NCBI GenBank assembly: GCA_002269645.1
Contig: NIVC01001441.1
Coordinates: 1 to 64,000 of the forward strand
Reading direction: 5' to 3'
Length of the DNA stretch: 64,000 nt
Source: Macrostomum lignano
Lineage: Eukaryota
Shown here: positions 1 to 42,172 of the stretch, piece after piece
Layout: each line of letters opens with the position of its first letter
Position numbering within the stretch: the stretch's first letter is position 1
Program-made: the position numbers and the translations under genes
Notes under the pieces: model-generated
What the model saw: only the letters and a program-made list of their open reading frames with translations
Told to the model about the DNA's origin: nothing
The model's database searches: none

Positions 1-3000
1 CGCGAAGAAAAAGGGAGGCATAACGAACACAATGCTCTTGTAAAAACAGTACAGAACGAGATTTGAGAGTCGAATGTAGAACAGGTGGCCGTGGAACAGC
101 AGGGCGGTGCGAGTGAACGCGAACCTGGCGAATGCGTAGTCGGCGTTGAGAGCGGCGGCCCGGCCCTCCTTGCGAAGATGCCGATTCCAACGTGGGCCTC
201 TCGGATCATGGAGACGTCGTTGGCTCCGTCGCCGATCGCGCAGGTGGTTGGCTCGGGCCGAACTCCATGCTTCACCATGGCGATTATTCTGGCCTTCTGC
301 AGAGGCGTGCAGCGGCAGCACAAAACTGCGGCTGTCTTGCAGCACAGTTCTAGGAACGAGTCCCTCAGGTCGGGGTGCTCATCGGACAAAATAAATTGCA
401 GCGAGTCACCGTCGACAATCGTGCAGAAATTTATCGGAATTGACACTTTGGACGCCTCAATCATCTCATGTCCGCTGCTCACACTCTCGCGGCAGACATC
501 CGCCGACAGCTGCTCCACAATGCGGATGCGCTGCATGGATTCCACAAAGTGTCCCGATGACAGGCTGATGTTTTCGGCTGTCTCGCGCTTGTCGCCGGTG
601 AGCACCCACACCTGGATGCCTGCCTCGCGCAGATCCGTCAGCGTCTCGCACACGCCTGGTTGCAGCTCGTCTTCGATAGCTGTGAGGCCCAGCGCTTCGA
701 GGCCTTGCTCTATCGACCTGGTCGAAGAGAGGTTTATGGGAAACCTGTGGTGATGTAGTACAAGGGTCCTAAATCTACAGGTTGCGACTGCGAACTAGGT
801 TGTGGAATTTCTGCACCTTTAAAAAATATCATTTTAGCCTACTGACCATTTCAGACTTTCAGCTGTGGATTCGATCTGTTATCTCATCGGATCTGCTTGA
901 AGTCTCTAACCGTTATTGTTGCCTTCTTCTGTACCATTACCTACTTAAGACCAAATGTTGCACTAAAAAGTACTCACATGTACACTTCCGTCAGCTTGGC
1001 ATCTCTGTTGGCTACATCTATCTCGGCGATGGAGAATTGCAACTTTATCTGCTCATACTCGGCTTCTGTCAGCTCTTTGTGTCCGATTGCCAGCACTCTC
1101 AGACCTTGGACGGCGAATTCGGCGGAGAACTTCACAATAGAATCCTTGTCTCCTGTGCAGCACTTCTCCAGCATTGTGCTTTCGGCTCCTTTCGTTAGCA
1201 GCCAATAAGCGCCGTCGGCTCTCTGCACGATGACCGACATGCACTTGCGCTCTGAATCAAACTCGAGCACGTGCAGTAGCCGGAATTGCTGAACAATGCA
1301 CTCGCCATTGGCACTAGACAGGCTGACTGTGCTGACCCCGCCCTCAGTGCCGTGGAAAATTATCCCAAAACTACGGGCGGCCTCAACAAAAGCCTTCTCA
1401 TCTGGAGAGCTGGCCTGGTAGGTGTAATCCTCCGCTTCAAGTGTAGAGAATGCATACCGATTTTGCTCATCATTGCCATACGCCGTAGGCCGTTCAACTC
1501 GAATGGTGTGGCACAGGGCCAAAACGGTAAAGAACAGCAGCTGTCGGTCTCCCAGCCTCTCGCACCGACTCAGTCGTTGTCCACCGCAGCTGTCTGTCTC
1601 CCAGAGTTCACCACTGAATTCACTGAACGTACGTCCGTCTACCGAGCAGTGTCTGAAGGTCATTTTGTTCTCGGTAAGAGTGCCCGTTTTGTCCGAAAAT
1701 AAGTACTGAACTTGTCCGAGTTCCTCATTCAAATCGGATGTGTTTGCTCTCGCTGGCATTTTCTCGCCCGTTTCTGGATCCTCGTAGTACATGCTCAAGT
1801 CATACTCAATAAACTTCGAGCTAACAAACTTCGTTACCTCCATTGTCACATATAGTGCAATAGGAATCATGTAGTTGAACAGTATTAAGTAGCCCATAAA
1901 ATCTTGAATTATTCGATATGGTGTCAATTGCTCGACTGGCAGGTACCAAGCCCCAGTGACTGTTGTTTTATGATTCGCGTAGCTCCATTTCATAGCAGAG
2001 CAAACAATTACCATAAACAGTAGAACGCCCAGGAGGCACACAAGAAATTTGTCCAGGCGACGCTCAATGACGGACTTTTTGGAACGGCCGTACTGCGAAT
2101 TCAGCTGCATCTTGGTCTCTTGACCAGTGTACACGGCCACTCCCATTACATGCTTGGTGTTCCGCAGCACTGCCCCGCGAAGAAGAAGGTTCTTGATGCT
2201 CAGGGAAACTTGGTACGGCAATCCCGTGCTCAATCGGACACTGATATTTCCCTTAAATTTGTACAGATCTGCAGTGGGCTGCTCGCAGTCTATCTGAGCA
2301 CGCAGGTTTGCACCTATGTCGGCGGCTGTCCTCAGGTGTCTGGTCAGCTCCACGGAGTGCACAGTCTTTAAGTTGGACTCGCCGTCTAAGTTAGCTGTCG
2401 TTATGCGACATTCTCCTACAAGCGGACCAATGATGCTAAACTTTAAGCTTTTTCCTGAAAAAAAGTATAGAACTAAGTGTATTTTCTTATAGGCTCACCT
2501 GTGTCCTCAGATGACGAAAGCAGAATCAGGTCACAGGGAAAGCTTTCATTTTGATGTATCCGTACAACATCGCCAACCTGAATCTCTAGGGACTTTATAT
2601 CAACTAATCGATTCTCCCTGACAACTTTAACAGGAGCCAAATTTACTGTGTCGTCAGACTTGTGCCTCAGAATGTCTTCGTAGGCCTGTTTGACTGCAGT
2701 GGCACCGAGCACAAAAGCCAGAGGCACAAATGATGAGGTTGGGCTCACCGGAGCATCAATAAGCAATTGAGTTGTGGCCGCAATTAAAAAGTAAAAGTTG
2801 GCTACGCGAGTGAATTGTTCCAACATATTCTTTATTAGAAAGTTGTAGACAGTGTAGCGAGATGTGACAACCCGATTGTCTGGATATAATTGTCCTTCTA
2901 GTAGTGCATCACTCAATCCGATGCGCTTGTGGTTGACGAAGACAGTTCTGAACTCTCCATAGAAGACAGGTTTTTGCACGCCGAAGAAGGCTAAAAGGTT

Positions 3001-3018
3001 CTCAAGCCATCGGTGCAT
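1..3018 (-). CDS. ATP11: P4-type ATPase phospholipid flippase, ATP11 class; 3' end lies beyond the window
   Basis: Exons 3018-2499, 2415-978 and 717-<1 join in frame through GT(GAG)/AG introns (83 and 260 bp). Motifs: EQFTRVANFYFLI, TANLDGESNLK, PIALYVTME, YLFSDKTGTLTEN (phospho-Asp), ASSPDEKA, FDSERKCMSV, WVLTGDKRETA, CAIGDGANDVSMI. Confidence 0.95.
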
Positions 3019-3378
3019 TTTTGGCAGTTTCTAATGTCGAAGAATTTATGTAGTTTTAACTATAAAGCGTTTATAGTTGACCTGAAAATGTTCGAGTACG
3101 TGTGGAATTTTAATTTATGCAGAGATAAGCTACCTAGAATAATTGACACGAATCAATGATATTCTGGTATGCTGTATGTGCAAATTTGCTCGTACCTGAA
3201 GGCACTACACTCAGATATTCACATCAGATTTGTTTCGATTGTTCAATAAGTCCAAATAGAAATTTGGTTGCCATTGGTCATTGGCTTGCGAATTTACGAT
3301 GGATAATTCTCTGCTGTTAAAATTCATGAAATTTGTTGCGATGTGGAGTTCTGTAATAGTATGTCAGTCCGTCATCGT

Positions 3379-3924
3379 CAGTGCTGGGCAAGTTAATCAA
3401 TTTTTTTAACTCGTTAAAAGTTAAAAAGTTAATTTAATTGCTCGAAAAAAATTAACTGTAACTAGTTAATTATTTAACTTTTGCCCAAAATTTAACTTCT
3501 GAAAAGTTAAAAGTTAAAGTTAATAATTCCCTAACAGAAAAAGTGACATTTTCCTGGACATGTGTTCAGTGTGTTTTTTAAATTTCAGGTCGGCGCGGCG
3601 CGGCTGTGGCCAGGTCGCGGCGCCCTGGGGAGCTTGTCAGGGAATACTCCCCTGGGAATTAGACCGGGGACCCTGGGGAGAAAAAAAGCATTTTTAACTA
3701 AATTTTTGCCATTTAAATAAAAAAATCATTCACAGAAAGCTGATTGAAACTCTGTCTATGCTTTTTTTTACCACAAAACTGCTTATTTCAATGTATTAAC
3801 GATATTAACGATTTTTGTTAACTAGTTAATACATAAAAAATTTAACGAAAATTTAACGATTTTTTAAAAAATTTAACTAGTTAATTAACTAGTTAAACAA
3901 TTAACTAGTTAACGCCCAGCACTG
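3379..3924. mobile_element. Non-autonomous hAT-type MITE (546 bp)
   Basis: 11-bp TIR CAGTGCTGGGC/GCCCAGCACTG; exact 8-bp TSD GTCATCGT at 3371-3378 and 3925-3932; many subterminal TTAAC motifs. Confidence 0.9.
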
Positions 3925-6900
3925 GTCATCGTGTAGTATGCTTGTTGATGGAGTTCGAATTTCAAGTGGTATTAATTAAGAATGGATTTCACTTACCTTC
4001 AAGTTCTTACAAAGGCTTTACTATTGAGTTTATTCAAAAACAACAAAAATGTGCAGATTTGCTGCCAAAAAAGAAAACGGTACCATCTATTGGTAGGGAG
4101 CTAGCTGCTAGTTAGTTAGCTAGCTCAACTGTGCCATGCATGGCTGCAATCGGGCTAGCCCACCACAGGTTTTATGAATTTAAATCACTGCCAAAAACTG
4201 ATGCCGCTATTAAAACCACAAAAAATCTGTAATAACTGAAGTAATTTTTTCAGTGTGCACAGAGTCACTTTCTTTTTTATTATGAATATCCTAAGCCCTT
4301 ACGTAATTTTTTCAGTTAAAAAAGGTGATCAAAATCATTAGTAATCATGCCAATGGTTCGTGTTGATCGGCATTGATACCAATGGTGTTACAACTTACTG
4401 GTGATTGTCTGATTGGAATGACACTGCCACATCTAACCTTGACTTACTTTTTCTCTGATTTACTAGGCCTATTATTTTCGACTTTCACTGATGATGCTTA
4501 AAATCTAACCAATGATTCTAGCGGTCTGTTGGCTTGGCTGTGTGGTGTTGTTGCTAGTCATTGGGACTCAGTCATGCTAAGTTGTTATTGCTAGCGATGA
4601 CGATTAGACTAGTTAACTTGACTTAGGACTAATTCAGTAGATTTGTTTGTGCATTATTTGGCTAAAAAGTAACTCATAACGAGTTATTTAGCAGAAATGC
4701 ATAAATCACTATGTATGCTAGGAACTTAGTTAGTACCTATTTGCTATTGTCCTACTGATTAATTGCAAAGCTATAGGAGTAGGACGAATATTTTCTAATG
4801 TTTTGGCATTTGGAGTCTAGTTGGGCTTACTTTAGGCATAGGGTCTATTTCTACATCATTAGTTATACATTTTTAGATATATAAGCCTATCTAATATATA
4901 ATATATATATATATTATATAAGCCTATATATAAGCCTATCAGTATTAGTATTATATTAAATTATTAATTACTGTAAATTTTTAAGACTCATATGTATAAT
5001 AGGCCTTAAGGCTTTAACCTAATTTAACAAGGCCTATTTTAAACTTAAATCAAAGACAACTAAAACACTTAGGTCTAGGCCTAGGTCTAGGACACAAAAT
5101 AAGCCAAATCATAATAAAAAAGTTAAGTTAGAGACAGTTAAAATTGTTGGCAGCCAGTTTTTTATATATTTAATAGGTGGCATAGGCCTATATTATAATT
5201 AATGATCAGCTTAGTTGTTTAAAAGACTAAGGCCCCATTTTTATTATTTTTCCTTCAAAAGGTTTAGTAAAAAGTTCTTTCAAAGGATTTTTAATGTTTT
5301 TAAATGTTTTTTTCATTTTCTTTGACTTTTAGTAGGCCTAGTATTAGTAAATACAATAATACATTTAAGCACATGAGAGAAACACAAAGAAAAGGTTGAA
5401 ACTTGGCATAAAAGTGATTATAAAAGGGAACTAAATATAATTTAATATAAGTTAGTTTGCCAGACATATAGTATAGTATATAAAGAGTGTAGCCTACAGG
5501 GTACAGGCTATAGTGCAGTTTAGTACTAGAGTCTACAATGCTATATAAGTGAATAAGTGAATGATAAATCAATTGGAAAAGAGAGTGAGAATAGGAGAAA
5601 GGGAAGAGAAATAAGGTACTTCCATTTTTCAATAAGCTTAACCACGCAAAGTGTGCTACCCCCTCTCCCTATCTTTCAGTGTGGTGGTGCATAGGTAAGT
5701 CACAAATCTGGACAAAACTAAGTTGTACCAAATGGGTGAAATTTTGAGGTTGGGCATATATAGACCTATTTAAGGAGAAACTCATATGAAAATCTATAAT
5801 TATATAGGAAGAATTGGGGTTGGGGTATTAAATGTAGATATATATTTAAGCATGAAATAAATAGGCCTATGAAAAGAAAAAGTTAAAAAATCAAAAATGA
5901 TACTTAAGCAAGGCAATTTGTACTTGTAGAATAGAATATATAAAGAATTAGTATTAAATAGAATACATTTTAGGAAGAACCCAGATAAGAAACAACTGAA
6001 CTATATAATTTAGTAAGAAAATTAATAATCCCAAGGTTGAATATTTAAAACTATACTGCAAATTCATTGGCCTCGAATCAAATCAAAACTAACATATACA
6101 TCAAAAATATATAATTGGAAAAGTTTGGGTAATAAAAACTTGAATTGAAAGTGTTTTATCTACATTGAATAAAAATAAGTAGACTTTTACCAAGAATGAT
6201 AGCAATCAATATATGCTAATCAATTTCTAAATCCTTGATAACTACTTAGAATATTCCCTATTTAGTAAAGTATATACTAAATCTTGAATTAAAAATTATA
6301 AATGATGCATTTATAGCTTATATTGCTTTTTAAATAGAAGACATTTCCCTCTAAATTATTAAAAATGAAATGATTAAACTAAGTAATTTGGTCATAATAG
6401 ACAAAGAAGCAAAGAAATAAAATCTCAGCATTATTTTTGGTTTTAGCATTGCCACATGCTATACTAGTGCTAATGGCTATATATTAGTAGTAGCAGCACT
6501 GTGCTTGTATAGCTTAGCCTAGTCATTTCCTAGTCTGCTCATGCGTATATATGCATATTATACACATCAATTGTGCATAATATACATATAATTAATGCAT
6601 GGGAAACACATTTTGTGTCACTTTATATAAATCTGTGCGCATATGGATACACACAAAATACACAAATGAGTTACATATAAAAATATGCACTTTATACACA
6701 CCTTATATAAATAATATCCACATATGTGTATTATTTGTCCATTAAATACATAATTAGAAGATAATAATTGAGGCATAGATATTCCACATCACACTTATTT
6801 TTAATAGATGGAGGCTTGCAAAATGCATGGTAAATTTCTTATAAGTTGATAATGATATTGGTATTGATATAAGTTGAAAACTAATAATACACTCATAGAT

Positions 6901-8342
6901 ATATTTAAATAGATGTACATATAAAAGAAACAAAATCATTCTTTTAAATTGATAAAGAACAAAACAATAGAGATATTCAGAAGTCTACTAATATGGTATA
7001 GAAAATTACAATAGACCCCTACTTTAAAGCCTTGCTATAGACCATGATAGAAGTCTGTGGCAATACCCTGCAGCTTTAGCAGGCTGGCAAGACATGCTCT
7101 ATGCATACCCACATATGATATAATGCCAAGCAAGTCTTCTAAGCAGACAATGATTGGCTTGGAAGCCATGGTAATATAATATAGATAGGAGAGCTAGTCA
7201 GACAAATCAACTGGCTTACCAAAGCCAATTGCCAACTAGGATGTTCCCACTTGCCAACAGGCTGAGATGCCAAAATGCTTTGAAAAGGGCAACCAGAGAA
7301 ACACTCTAGACCAGCTAACAAAATTGTAGCAAGGACTAATTATTGACCTATTGATTGAAACTGATTCCTCAATCATGTGTAACATGAACCCAATGGTATA
7401 AGGGTAAACCCAACTACCACTTCTCTATCTTATCTCTCTGCTTCTATTGCTGCTTTTGTGTATGAGGGTCATCCTAAAAGTTCTTTGTATCACTGAATTC
7501 CTATAAACTTCCTGAATAAAATAAAATTCTTCAAACTCCTATAAACTGGCACCAATTTTAAAGAAACTGCACACAAACTTGTGCCAATATCTGCACATAA
7601 CATTGAATTTTCATGAAAAAATCTCAATGCAACTAGAAATAATAAGCTGATTTGTCCAACACCTTTAAAGCAAGTGGATAGTTCTCATATTGACTTCTTA
7701 AATTGGCATAGTGCAGCTCATGCAGCATCATTGACCAGTCATGCAAGTCAGCCAGTCAGTCAAGAATAAATAATAGAATTCTTGTCAAGTTCATTCACTC
7801 TTGCTTGAAGGTTGATTAGAAGCCAACTTTGCAATCTGTGCCTTGCATATTTAGTTCTACTGCTAGGTTATTGGTTAACAATGCATGACCAATATTTAAC
7901 ATAGTTATCTCCAATTGAGATATGCCATGGCATCTCAGAGCAGCAGTGAACTACTGCTAAAATGTGCTCTCCATGCTCAGTTTCACTTCTAGGGCTTTTA
8001 GCTCTTTAATGGTGGCACATGGAAGCTAAATACTATCTGGGAATTCAAACAAAACAGATGCTTTTTGAGATCTAAGTGTAATCTAGATCTGTTCTGGCAT
8101 CTTCATTATAACTCTGCTATGGGCTCAAGGCTATCCAGTCTTTCTGTTATTGTCTCATTAATCTTGCACTGATGACTATTTGATTTGTGAACTATTTGGC
8201 TATTACCACTGCTAGAGTAGCCTGTTTCCATGTTGTTGCTAGCAATTAGTTCAGTAACATTGCATTCTACTGGAGCAATTATGCCAGCATTGTGCCTTCT
8301 AAGAGTTCAAAGGAAAAGTATACTTCCTAACAACTATACTCA

Positions 8343-8640
8343 CATACATGTGCAACCTCCAAAATTCGGTCAGCCGTGCGACTTAGTTTTAACAAAAATG
8401 CGACGTAGTTTTTGGCCAAAAATGCGACTTACATATAAAAAAACCCGAAAGCAAAATTAACGCAACTTTGGGTAAACGGCAGGAGTAACTATGACTGTTT
8501 TATTAAGCTAAAATGCCTCGTCAGCTACTTAGTACTACTCTTCAGGTTATTTTTTGGGTGGGCATTTTTGCGACTTCCTTGATTGGCCGCCAAATCGGTC
8601 GGCCGGATCGGCCGACTCGGCCGACTGTTGCGCATGTATG
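8343..8640. mobile_element. hAT-type MITE (298 bp)
   Basis: TIR CATACATG(T/C)GCAAC; exact 8-bp TSD TATACTCA at 8335-8342 and 8641-8648. Confidence 0.9.
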
Positions 8641-9427
8641 TATACTCATATTAAACTCATTGTATATTCCATATAGAATCAGTCTTGCCTAGTCAGACAT
8701 TAGAATAGGGCATTGCAACAAGTAAATAAGAACATGGTCAAAATATTGTATTGATCACAAAATGCCTAATATAGTGCATGTATTTCTTTGATACTATTAC
8801 TGTCATGGGAAATAGACCTTAGAGATTTAGTATATTGTGATTATTCCAGTAGCCAAGGATTACAAATAAAACATTTGAAGCATTTTAGTTTTAATATTTG
8901 ATTCCAGTTTAAAAATTAGAACAAAATTTAAGGAATTGCAAAAAATAGCAAGAAGTCAGACAAGACCTAACTTAACAATAAAATAGAATAATCTGTTTTA
9001 ATAATGAAATTCAACTTCTTTAATATTGAAACTTGAACTGACTAAAATTTTGCACCAATCAATTGCAAAAAGTTGTACTATATAAAGGCAAAAAATTGCA
9101 CCATTGCTGTAAAATTTGCACATTTGCGCCTCATTCGCACCAAGCACAAATTTGTGCCTCACTGGGACCATTGCTCAAGAATGGAGTTGCCAATGTGATG
9201 ATCCTTATTGTGCCTTTCTTGAAACAATTTGTCAGTCCTTTTTTCTATACATTTGTCATAAAAAACAACTATATGCCCCTTTAATTAACCTTTTATGCAG
9301 CAGTGTTCATACAAATGATTACCTATATGATTACACTGGCCAGTGGTTCGCAACCTATAGGTTGCAACCTCAGAGACCATTTTCTAGGGATTGCAGCACT
9401 AAGAATGTGTGAATACATCATATTTAA

Positions 9428-10079
9428 CAGTAGGAATACCAAGCCATTTTTCTGCCCATCAAACTACCAAGAGAGTTGATTCCCCTCCAGACAATTTTTT
9501 GCTGCACCAGAATGGAGCAACACAGGCACATGAAATTCAAGAACATGGGCTAACTTTTTGTTGCACACCTTCTCAAACAAGAATCAAGTCACCAGCTCTC
9601 CAGACCGTCGAGATATTCAACAATTCTGCCAGGTTAGATTTTTCCTATTAGTGCTAGTGTATTCAGTATACCCCTGTGTGCCAATCAGCACTGCACCTGA
9701 GTGCAGCCTTGCCAAGTCTCCAAATTTCATCAGCACGTCAACCACATGTGTCCGCATCAGTTCTGACTTCGATGGTCACTGGCCTTTACCGAGATGGAGC
9801 TTCTAGACCCTCAACAGGTGGCACCAGGTGACTATGAACAGCCTGATACAAATTTCTTGAGTTTCACTGATCAAACCTTGACAGTGGGCAAGCCTCAACT
9901 GCTAGGTATCCTCAGCTGGTCTCTCAAGCATTTAGTCTTCACCCAGACACTGTTAGCACCAAGGTGCACAATAGAAAGTTAGCCCATGTTCTTGAATTTC
10001 GTGTGCCTGCATTGCTCCATTCTGGCGCAGCAAAAAACATTGTTAGGGGGGGAATCCCCCCCTCTTGGTAGTTCTACTG
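9428..10079. mobile_element. Degenerate piggyBac-related non-autonomous element with long inverted arms
   Basis: TTAA|CAGTAGGAATACC left end and GGTAGTTCTACTG|CTAA right end; ~100-bp imperfect inverted arms (~9480-9575 vs ~9960-10055); shares CGTCGAGATATTCAAC and TGAAA.TC.AGAACA.GGGCTA with the element at 18155. Confidence 0.7.
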
Positions 10080-11254
10080 CTAATAATGCATTATATTGAT
10101 TTATAGAAAGGGTCACAAACATTGAAAAATGATGCAAATGAATAAATTAGGGTCGTGTCAAAAAGTTGAGAACCATTTTTTATACCTTTTTAAGAATGCC
10201 CGTGCTAGCAAATCAGATATAAATATGGCATTCCCAACTCTGAAGCTAATACCATAAATACAAATGGTCCTTTGCTACATAATTGATTGTAGCTCTTCTA
10301 CTAGAAAATATAGTAGTTTCTCCAAGTTTGTTGTTGCCATTCTGACATAAAAAGCTACTAGCATAGGTGAACACAAGAAGCATAAAACTCTTAATAAAAC
10401 TGTCTAAGCAGTATTTGATCCTGTCATTGCTAGCTGTATGTCATCTAGATTGAATTTGAGGAGAGATTTTGCAGTCAATTTCTCTACATAATGTAAAAGG
10501 TATATACCTCTTCAAAGTGTTGACAATCCCAAAATATAGGCATTTCCCAATGTCTTGGTCAATTCTAACATATCTCCCTCTGTTCTAGTTGACCATAGGA
10601 GTGTATCAATCTGCTTTGGCAAGAAACAAAGCATGGGCTATAGAGATGCTCCTGACAAAGAGCAAAGTTTTTCACTTTGAAGTTTCTAGAGTTATTTTTC
10701 TTTTTTGGGCATTCTGAATTAAGATGTCTCAATGGCAGTAGTTTCTACCATTGTTGGCTATACTTATAAATCTGTGACAGTTTGGCAGAGCTTTAAAATC
10801 TTTTTTGTCTGTTCTAATGAGGCATGTACTGACCTTTGCTAATTTTGGCTAAATAATAAGTTTTTTATTTATATTTGTAGTGATGACTAACATTGGATAA
10901 CCAATCGTTTTATAGCTATCATCAAAGTCAATAGAGTCATCAATGATGTCATAGTTGACAATTGTGAATTATTTCTAAACTCAAAGCCATCTAGGCTTCT
11001 CAATAAAGAGACTGAATTTACCTGTAGAAAAAAGGATTTTATGGTTGCACTGCAATATATTCTTCCCAAGTTGCAGGTTCATGGCATGTTGTAATACAAT
11101 AATGATACATTTAGCAATGTTTATAATAAACACAGGTTTAAGACCTATCTTATAAGTAGAGTAAACTATCAACACAGTGAGGGATGTTTATAGCTAAATG
11201 AAGGGTTTTACACCTAGAGCAAAGAATTGTCCCTTTACAACTAACAAGTCTAGT

Positions 11255-11426
11255 CATCCATGCGCAACCTTGGAAATCACTTGGCTGTTTCTATTGGCAA
11301 CACACACACATAAGTCGCTATTGGCTGAGAGCAGTCGCGTGACTACTATTCCGTCCAATAGTGACTTACATGTGTGTGTTGCCAATAGAAATGGCCAGGT
11401 AAGTCCCTAGGTTATGCCCAAGCATG
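11255..11426. mobile_element. 172-bp palindromic hAT-type MITE, copy 1
   Basis: 8-bp TSD AGTCTAGT (11247-11254, 11427-11434); near-identical inverted copy at 14376; one end resembles CATACATGCGCAAC. Confidence 0.9.
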
Positions 11427-12148
11427 AGTCTAGTAGTTAGTAGAGTTGCAGTTGATATAGTCTCAGGGTAGCACCAGGCTCCTTTCATTAGCTGCAGTTT
11501 TTCTCACTCAGCTGCATGTGCTCTGACTTTGGCACTTATATATGTTCATTTCACTTTGAGAATTCTTAGAATGGTTCATAAAGCCCAAATTTGATGTCAA
11601 GTTAATTTGTTGATTGGAATTATAGGATTGCCAAAAAATAAGTGAGAATAAAAATCCTAGAAATTATAATTATTTCAAAGAAACAAGTTTGATATAGTTA
11701 AACTTTTATTTATAATATTTATAAATTATACTGCTAGCCCTATTACTTATAAAGTGCTGTTATTCCAATGAAACTTATTATTTGAGCTATAGAAAGAAAG
11801 TAAAAAAGATCAAATAAAAGTAAGCATATTAAATATTTTTGTATAAAGACCAAATATTTAATTTCATCCATTCAAGAATTATTTGTAAAATTAATTTTAC
11901 TTTATCATTTAAGCTATGCTTGATATTATATGTCTCTAATTTGTTTGTTTTCTAAAATATATTAAAGCTTGTCTTGATTTTTAGGCTTATAAATTGATTT
12001 TTGATTAATAAGCCCATACCAGTTATGTTTGAAAATGCTTTTTAGACTGTAGGTAGGCTTGCTATATTTTATAAAATCAATTTATTGTAGGCTTTAAAAA
12101 ACAAACTTTACAGCTGACTGCAGCACAGTCCCAAAGACCAGGCTAGAA

Positions 12149-40038
<27,890 letters not shown>

Positions 40039-40104
40039 TAGGTGTCCGCTGCGCCTAGACCTCTGACATTGCGGCCAGTTCAAGGTGTCCTGCTTGCACC
40101 TGTG

Positions 40105-40165
<61 letters not shown>

Positions 40166-40290
40166 TCGCAAGCTGAACTGAACAAAAAACCCAGAGAGAT
40201 CCCGAGTCAGTTCGACGTCCCCCCATCTCTCATTCCGCCCCTTGTTCCCCTGGTCCCACCTTTTCTCCCTCCCTCTCTCTCTCTCTCTCT

Positions 40291-40334
<44 letters not shown>

Positions 40335-41374
40335 CTCTCTCTCTCTTCTAGTCCTTTTACTGATTTTTATTTTCTTGGCCGTCTTCGATCGCCTCAGGCT
40401 TTGTGTTTTTGTATTACCCACCGAGCTACCTGTCTGACCCCAGCTTCGCGACTGTCCCGCTCTGGCTCCGTAGTCGGCCCGCCACACACAAGTCTCTTTT
40501 TTACTTTACCAAAAACTTCTTTTTTTGGCTTGTCAGCGTTTTTTTCTTAGCTGCCAGAAATTGCACCTCGCTCGCCAGGCGGTTTACTTTTTAACCTTCC
40601 AACGCTCTTTTTTTCGTTTGTTTTGATCTCGCCGCCTCGCCGCGATTACAGGGTTGAACAAAATTATTCGACTGCTTCTGTGACGGCTTCTTCAATCCGG
40701 AGTCCGTTTCTGTGATGGCAGTGACTTCGGGCCCTCCGCTCTGTCTGTTTGTTTTGTGTTTTGTTTTTTTTTGCTTCTTGCTTCAGGGCGGTGATCCTTC
40801 AGCAACCCCTTGACCCCCCCCTCGCCTGTCCCCTGTAAATAACTGGGTCCGGCAGTTCGAACCCCCGTTTGGGATTGAGTGGTTTCTTAAAACAGAGAAT
40901 TTTTTCTTCTTTTTTGGCTTTGCTTTGCTGTTGTTGCTCTGTCTCTGTATTGGTATACCGTTGTCTGTCCGCGGCTGCCCGCCATCAGCACTAAAGCTAA
41001 TTTATAGTGTTTGTACTTTTCTAAAAGGCTTGTCATTAAAAGCAGACACACAAAAAGTTGCAGAAAAATCTCCTGAACCTGATTGAAATTTTCTTCCTTC
41101 TCCTTCTGGTCTCCGCCATTGTGTTTTGTCTCCGGAAATTTTTTCTCTTCAGTTGATTTTGTCAGTCGAGGGGGGGGCGATTTTTTTTCTGTCCGTCTGT
41201 CCGGCCGACTGTCTCGATCCACGATCAGCGCTGACATCAGTAATTAATATAAAGTTCAATGCTGGAGCTACAGGTACCAATTCTTTCTTCTGTTCTACTT
41301 CTACTGCCGAGAATCCCACGTGTTCACATCGCGTTATCGTTTTGCTTTCTGCTTTGATGTTTGGTGCTCTCTGC

Positions 41375-41975
41375 TGATTGGTCAGAAATTGCCAGGGAAT
41401 CTGATTGGTCAGAAATGTGCCCAGAGAATCTGATTGGTCAGGATGGAAATGCCCAGAGAATCTGATTGGTTAGGATGGAAATGCCCAGAGAATCTGATTG
41501 GTCAGAAATGCCCAGAGAATCTGATTGGTCAGGATGGAAATGCCCAGAGAATCTGATTAGTCAGAAATACACAGATAATCCGATTGGTCAGGATGGAAAT
41601 ACACAGATAATCTGATTGGTCAGGATGGAAATGCCCAGAAAATCTGATTGGTCAGAAATACACAGATAATCTGATTGGTCAGGATGGAAATGCCCAGAAA
41701 ATCTGATTGGTCAGAAATACACATAATCTGATTGGTCAGGATGGAAATACCCAGATAATCTGATTGGTCAGGATGGAAATACCCAGATAATCTGATTGGT
41801 CAGGATGGAAATACCCTAAGAATCCGATTGGTCAGGATGGAAATACCCTAAGAATCCGATTGGTCAGGATGGAAATACCAAGATAATCTGATTGGTCAGG
41901 ATGGAAGTAGCTACCTAGAGAATCTAATTAATCAGGATGGAAGTAGCTACCTAGAGAATCTGATTGGTCAGAAAA
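41375..41975. repeat. 27/32-bp minisatellite with a CCAAT box in each unit
   Basis: Unit CTGATTGGTCAG(GATGG)AAATGCCCAGAGAAT. Confidence 0.93.
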
Positions 41976-42172
41976 CAGTTTATTTGAGGGATTGTATTAC
42001 AGAGAATTCCTTACGCACTGCATATATTTATGGTTGAATGCATCCTTAGTTACACATACAAGACGCTTACTACTTAACTTAAATCAGAGGGCCTGCGCGA
42101 ACAGAAATGTTTGCATGTCAATCCAAGCGGAAAACATGGATCTGCGCATTCTGGCTCGAATTCGAGCAGTTC

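Noticed and set aside
85-1702. Plus-strand ORFs of 222, 138 and 138 aa
   Set aside because: Antisense shadows of the P4-ATPase exons; no recognisable motifs.
10148-11000. Possible Tc1/mariner end (GGGTCGTGTCAAAAAGTTGAGAAC) and decayed transposase
   Set aside because: I could not find a partner TIR or a translatable DDE motif by eye.
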